Assembly: GCA_030704615.1 (NCBI GenBank)
Contig: CM060731.1
Coordinates: 45,818,001-45,882,000, forward strand
Direction: 5' to 3'
Length of the DNA stretch: 64,000 bases
DNA from: Takakia lepidozioides
Taxonomy: Eukaryota; Plantae; Bryophyta
Shown here: piece by piece, positions 58,990 through 64,000 of the stretch
How positions within the stretch are numbered: the first letter of the stretch is position 1
How the letters are laid out: the number at the start of each line of letters is the position of its first letter
Position numbers and translations under genes: made by a program
The notes under the pieces: model-generated
The model's input: only the letters and a program-made list of their open reading frames with translations
What the model was told of the DNA's origin: nothing
Database searches by the model: none

Positions 58990-60246
58990 GTGGAAGAAAC
59001 CAGTCAGCATAATAACAATTACTCCACTAGAGCCTTTGAGTCCTGTGCGTGGACGAGTCACTGGCCATACCCGCGAATCGAGGGAGGCTCTTTGCCTTCG
59101 TATGCATGTGTTTCCAATAGACAGAGAATATCACATTTGGAGAGGATATCGATAAGCCCTTGAGGATGGCTCCACAAAGAACAATTGCAATTCGATGAGC
59201 CTATGTGTAGATGCGAGCGTGAGTTGGTCTCATGGGGCCCTAACCCCTATTTAGAGTTAGAGGGTCGACTTTGTTGTTCTTCGAATGATGACTCTGCCAT
59301 CTCGGAACACGGCGTAGTGTCCCTGTGCCCGAGCCTCCTTAACCTGAGTGAGTTGAGCCCGCATGTCCTTGTAATGCATGGGGGTCAGCTCGTCATTGAG
59401 GTACATGGCGTGACCTCTCAAGTGAGTCCTCTGATGTAGAACCCTCCCCCGAGCAGCCTTGTCCCTAAATCTGATGAACAAGACATTGTGTGCCAGAGTT
59501 CCTGCATGCCAAGCCCGTTCAGTGCCACTTGCTCCTCGTGGTAGAGCCAGGTTTTGCTGGATGAGGGTGGTTGCTGCTTCAAGGGGGTCACCCTCTGCAA
59601 GGGTCCCAAGCTTCCCAGTGACCTGAATGTTAAGGGCTTTGAAAGCCCGACGGCGTTGTTGTTCTTTTCAAAGGGTGGCTGAGACTGTCTCTTCCAAAGT
59701 GCGGGAGCTGCTGCTGGATGGTCCAGTGCTTCCCTTGACTATGCTAGCCCAAGTAGAAGCCTCCGCCTTATGAGCTTGGAGCTCTTGAGCCATAGACGAT
59801 GTCGCGGCCCTGTGGGATTCGAGCTCCTTAGAAAGAGTTCTCACCTGCTGGTGGATACTTGCCGTGAGGGTAGTTGAAGTGTCCTTCTCTATCAGGGCCC
59901 TCACTTCCCCTTCCAATTTAGAGAGAATTGAGCTGTTTCAGCAGGCCCTCCACTTTGGTGTTGCTCTCTAGAAGGGAAGCTTGCAAGATGTCCACCTCCG
60001 CCCGTAGATTCTCCATGTCCCTGTCTTTGGCTGCGAGTAAATTCTGCAGAGTCTCCTCTGAGACGCAACGGGATTGAAGGATAGCCACTTGTTCTCGCAG
60101 GATCTGAATGTCTGCACTCTTAGTGGAATACTGGCGCAACAGAGAGGTATGCTGAGAGCTCGGGACCGGAAGAAGGGAGTATCGGGAAGAGGTGAGGTTG
60201 AGACCCCATCATCGTCCCCAGTCCGTTGTCGTTTGGACGAGGACAT
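58990..60246 (-). mobile_element. LINE 5' part: ORF1 (coiled coil + RRM/CTD-like) and start of APE endonuclease, cut by the CACTA
   Basis: Coiled-coil ORFs, WASIVK, HLRGHAMYLNDELT, then DILCLLETH..GSSGVIVI in 59000-59210. Confidence 0.65.
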
Positions 60247-60812
60247 GGTGGAGAGGCTGGGGCGCCCACGCGCCTACGTGGGTGAGCGGGCGCTGACACG
60301 TGCGGCGAAGCGGAACGAGGAGGTGAAGCGAAGAGGCTCTAGGAAAGAAGGAAGAGGCAAAGAAAACATCGAAGAAAAAAAAAGCTCTTCCGGCGGCGAG
60401 TATTGTGAGCAGGAGGGAGCGACTGCGACTGCGACTGTGACTGGTGCTGGAAAGCTTGAGGGGGATGCACCTGCAGATCTGATGAGGAGGGAGATGGGTC
60501 GGAGCCTATTGGGTTGTAGGTGGGTTGATGAATTAGGGAGTTGTAATATTGCTTGGGTCTTGCATCCCAGCCCAAAATTCACCACCCAGGAACATCCCAC
60601 ACTGTTCATTCGACTGAAAGCTTGTGGGCCCTTTTTTGCCATATTGGCAACCTAGATGGTCATAAATCCCGCCCCAAGACATGAAGGTGGACTCCACAGA
60701 AACAGTGGAGTTGGCCCCAACATCATGTTATATATTGCCATGACATCCTGCCAACTTATTTTCCTATACATAGCTTTTGCACTTTTGTCCCAAAGGGCTG
60801 CAATGAGCGCTT

Positions 60813-61730
60813 GAGAGAGAGAGAGAGAGAGAGAAGACTCCGACCGAGGCCGGCGTAACTAAGAGCCACTTCACCTTGCGGCTACTGCCCCCTTTCGGGG
60901 GTGGGCCCTATAACAAAAAAAGTGTCCAGGGGGACACCAGGTGACCGCTAAGAATAGAGGAGGCGAGGGTACCTCTAGGTACCCAGGGGTGTCTTGGGGG
61001 ACCTAGGGTGCGTTTGAAGTGCCGGATTCCAATTGGCGTTTGTTGGTGAAAATAGTTGTGAGTGAACGGAGTGCCGTGAGATGGATTTCCTTGAAACATT
61101 TGTGGATGGGAAGAATGGGAATTTGGAAGTTATCGTGTATGTCCGTGATACTGGCGTTATGAATGGCACCTCGAGTGCCGGCTGTGATGACAGTTAACGG
61201 GCCGGTTTTCCAGCCACGACTTCGGAGTGCAAGGATAAGCGAGGCATATTTTTGACGTTTTGCTAAGATTGAATCGTTTGGATAACGATCATGGCAAAAT
61301 GTGAATTCAATGAAATGGATGGTGAGTTGTGGGGATGGTGAGGTGGGGGATAAAGTGTTGATAAGTAGACCTTGGACGAGGAGTATGTCCGGGCAAAGTC
61401 GAGCGGGGCATGAGCATGGTGATCGGGTACATATGCATGGTAGTAGACGGTGGTACTGTGTGGTCGGGTGGCCGTCCTTGGTAGGTGCCTGCATTCATAA
61501 GCGAGAACCAACGGGTTTCAGCACGTTTTAGAAAGAGCTTGTGGAGGTGCCAGATTGCCTGGTTATAACGCGTGATATGCAAGCCATGTATAACTGGGTG
61601 TGTACATTGGCTGAGGAAATGTGGCCAAGTGTCACGAGCTTGGTGGGTGGTTGCACATAACGGACAGTATGGGGATGGGAACAGATGTGGCTAGAAGATG
61701 TGTTTGCGCTGGCGGCCCATGTATTGAGCT
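60813..61730 (-). mobile_element. Second, 5'-truncated copy of the Dualen-like LINE: zinc finger, RLE, stop at 61003, structured 3' UTR and (TC)n tail
   Basis: Homologous to 11785-12450; PDILLVQG..IEFTFCHDRYP..KRQKY..GW..ITAGTRGAIH; (GA)n at 60813-60834 on the + strand. Confidence 0.8.
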
Positions 61731-61859
61731 CTTGATTCATAGTTGGGACTTTGAGAAATATCAGTAGTGTAAGTCAAGTTTGGAAGTTTGGAACTATCCA
61801 ATAGTGTTGGGAATGATTCTCTTAAACTAAAACTGCACTACTTGGGTCTAATATGCCCT

Positions 61860-62560
61860 CACAAACGTCGGAAGGCCTCATTACTCTGATTTTATACAGA
61901 AAGGGGCCCACAACTCTATCTCTAACTATCGGCTGGCAAATCACTTGCTTAATGCTACTTATAAAATCATAGCGAAGGCATTGGCGCTCCAGCTTCTTCC
62001 TAAAATCATCTGTGATGATCAAACCGGTTTCATGAAAGGTTGGATGATCTTGACAAGCGCTCTTTTTGCTCATGAAGCCTTGCACGTAGCCGAAACTTCT
62101 CATCAACATCCCCCTCTAGCATTTCTTATGTTAGATTTTGGAAGGCCTTCGATTCGATTGACTGGGAATTCCTGCCTTGCATGGTCCCTTCTTGGGTCAA
62201 AATCTCACTCTCCTCAGTTTCTAGCAAGATGAATCTGGTCAATGGATTAATCTCCTCGTTCTTCCCTCTCTCCCGCTCTTTTAGGCAGGGTTGCCCCCTC
62301 ACTCCCAATTTGTTTTTCATTGCTGCATACAGTCTAGGCCACCTAATAGACTACAAACTAGATATCAGCGGTGTTCAACCCCCCTCATTTTGGTCAGCCC
62401 TCTTATTTAAAGCTTTCTGTATGCGGACGATGCTGTCATGACTTATGGATAATTCTGATCAAAGTAATATCGGCAGGACATTCAATTGATTTCTTTTTGC
62501 TTAGATTCGGGTCTCAAGATTAACTGGGCTAAATCACTTTGTTTGCTCCCAAAGCTGCAG
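61860..62560 (+). pseudogene. L1/Tx1-type LINE reverse transcriptase remnant
   Basis: LLNATYKIIAKAL..QTGF..LDF, RQGCPL.P.LF, LYADD, KINW.KS. Confidence 0.8.
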
Positions 62561-63289
62561 GCTAATGCACCTTTGGCTCATTGCCCACCCTTCGGATTGG
62601 GATTTGGACTCCAGTGGCTGCCTGAAGATGCCTCATACGCTCACTAAAGACCAAAGGTTTCAAAGTGTGATTGTTATCAACATATCATTGTTACTTTGAC
62701 ACCCCTGTAAGCACCAATTGAGTTGAACTCTGGTACACTGAAAAAAAACTACTGACTAAGCTGATTTCCATTCTCCCACTGTCAGCGCTTCCTAAAGGTG
62801 GAGCCAGCTTGAATAGACCCTTGAGCGCATCTGGACTTCCAGATTTGCCAAAGAGTGTGCGCTCTCAAACATGCCCACACTGGATATGCTCTTGCATAAA
62901 CAAATGTGAGGGACATTGTTCCAGTTAGCAAGATGTGGGCCTAAACCTACAGATACTCCTCAGGCGAAACATGTAAGGCTTAACAAAAAAACTATTAGAA
63001 GAAACAGACAAAGGACCAGATCTTGGATGCTCCGTGGACTCCATAGAGCCAGTGCACAAAGAGCAGATCATCGTGTCAAAGAGTGATTTCGTTATCTAAC
63101 ATGGTATCATAGCCACCAATTCTATCTAGACTCTGGTAGACACAAGACAAGAGTTCATGGGAAAAATTCGTTGACATGAGGATTCCAAAAAGGATAAGAT
63201 AAGGCAAACTTCGTACATCTAGAATCTTCAAAAAGTAGATGGGCAGATTTCAAGATGTCAACTGAGCAGGTTAGATATATTGAGGGGCT

Positions 63290-63420
63290 AGTTTCCTTGA
63301 AATGGAACAAAGTGGAAGCTGACATCAACTCCTTGTTAGTAGGGATGTGTGTCGAGCTTTTTTTACCTTGAGGCCGAGAGGTTGAGACACGATAGGAGCT
63401 ACACATGTGGTGAGGTGGGG
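63290..63420 (+). mobile_element. Decayed PPT/LTR start of an element related to the 20871-27841 chromovirus
   Basis: GACATCAACTCCTTGTTAGTAGGGATGTG|TGTCGAGC..CCTTGAGG..GACAC aligns with GACATCGACTCCCTGTTGGTAGGGGTGTG|TGTCGCGGC..CCTTGAGGG..GACAC. Confidence 0.6.
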
Positions 63421-64000
63421 GTAGCAACGGGAGTGGGGGTGGACAGTCCTTAATGGGTTGATGTGAAGTGGGAATAGATTGGTAACTTATTACTTCTCCT
63501 GTCAACCACAACCCTTTCTCGACAGCCTTGAATTCATGAAGGGTAGCATCCTTGATTACGAGGCCGAAAGCTTTGTAGAAGGTGCGATCATGGAGCTATC
63601 AGGAAAAAGCTTGATTGGTTGTGGGTACAACTATTTCCAAGATTGATGGCGCGGGCAACTTTTCAAAGACTTTGATCTCTCATGGGGGCAAGGGCATCGT
63701 CCGCCAACCCGGCATGTGCTTTCACTGGAAAAACTCTCCCCCAAGGTTGGGGGCTTGCAAATTGAGAGAATGTCAATTGGAGGCACTGCCGAGCCCGAGA
63801 TTCAAAACTCACCTTTTGACTGTATAGTCTTTGAGGCCTCCAGCCTTCTCCCTCATTTTGTCTTTGTTCCCCTTTGGAATGTCTCATTCTTCTCTACTGT
63901 CCCCCGGCCTCTCTTGGCCTTCGTTTTTTCCTTGTGCAACTGTTGCCAGTTCACCACCTTTCGTCCTTGTGACCCTGGTCTCAGTGTTTGTGGCTTCTCA

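Noticed and set aside
58425-59163. Multiple overlapping 100-180 aa ORFs
   Set aside because: By-products of GC-rich CACTA subterminal repeats.

Overview
Nuclear DNA of a land plant, most likely a non-seed lineage (bryophyte/fern-like). This is inferred from the PLS-PPR/DYW expansion and the TE families and cannot be proven from this window. A central island (33-51.6 kb) holds three host genes: a PLS-class PPR editing factor with a decayed DYW domain, a 14-exon chloroplast glutamyl endopeptidase (CGEP) and a 10-exon cysteine synthase-family gene with beta-cyanoalanine synthase signatures. The flanks are a nested TE mosaic: two CACTA elements, a hAT, copia and L1 remnants, and a very young chromoviral Ty3/gypsy element with near-identical LTRs, a PBS and a 5-bp TSD. 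The most unusual signals are: (1) a Ty3/gypsy pol carrying a C5-cytosine DNA methyltransferase domain upstream of RT; (2) a Dualen/RandI-like LINE with chromo-like, PCIF1/CAPAM-like adenine-MTase, RNase H, zinc-finger and restriction-like endonuclease domains, plus a highly structured 3' UTR ending in (TC)n; (3) an amplified gene family fusing OSB-type PDF ssDNA-binding motifs to PLS-PPR arrays; (4) an orphan intronless ORF cluster beside a CACTA transposase, with Pol II CTD-like repeats and a possible beta-class MTase fold. All domain calls are by-eye motif recognition, not database searches.
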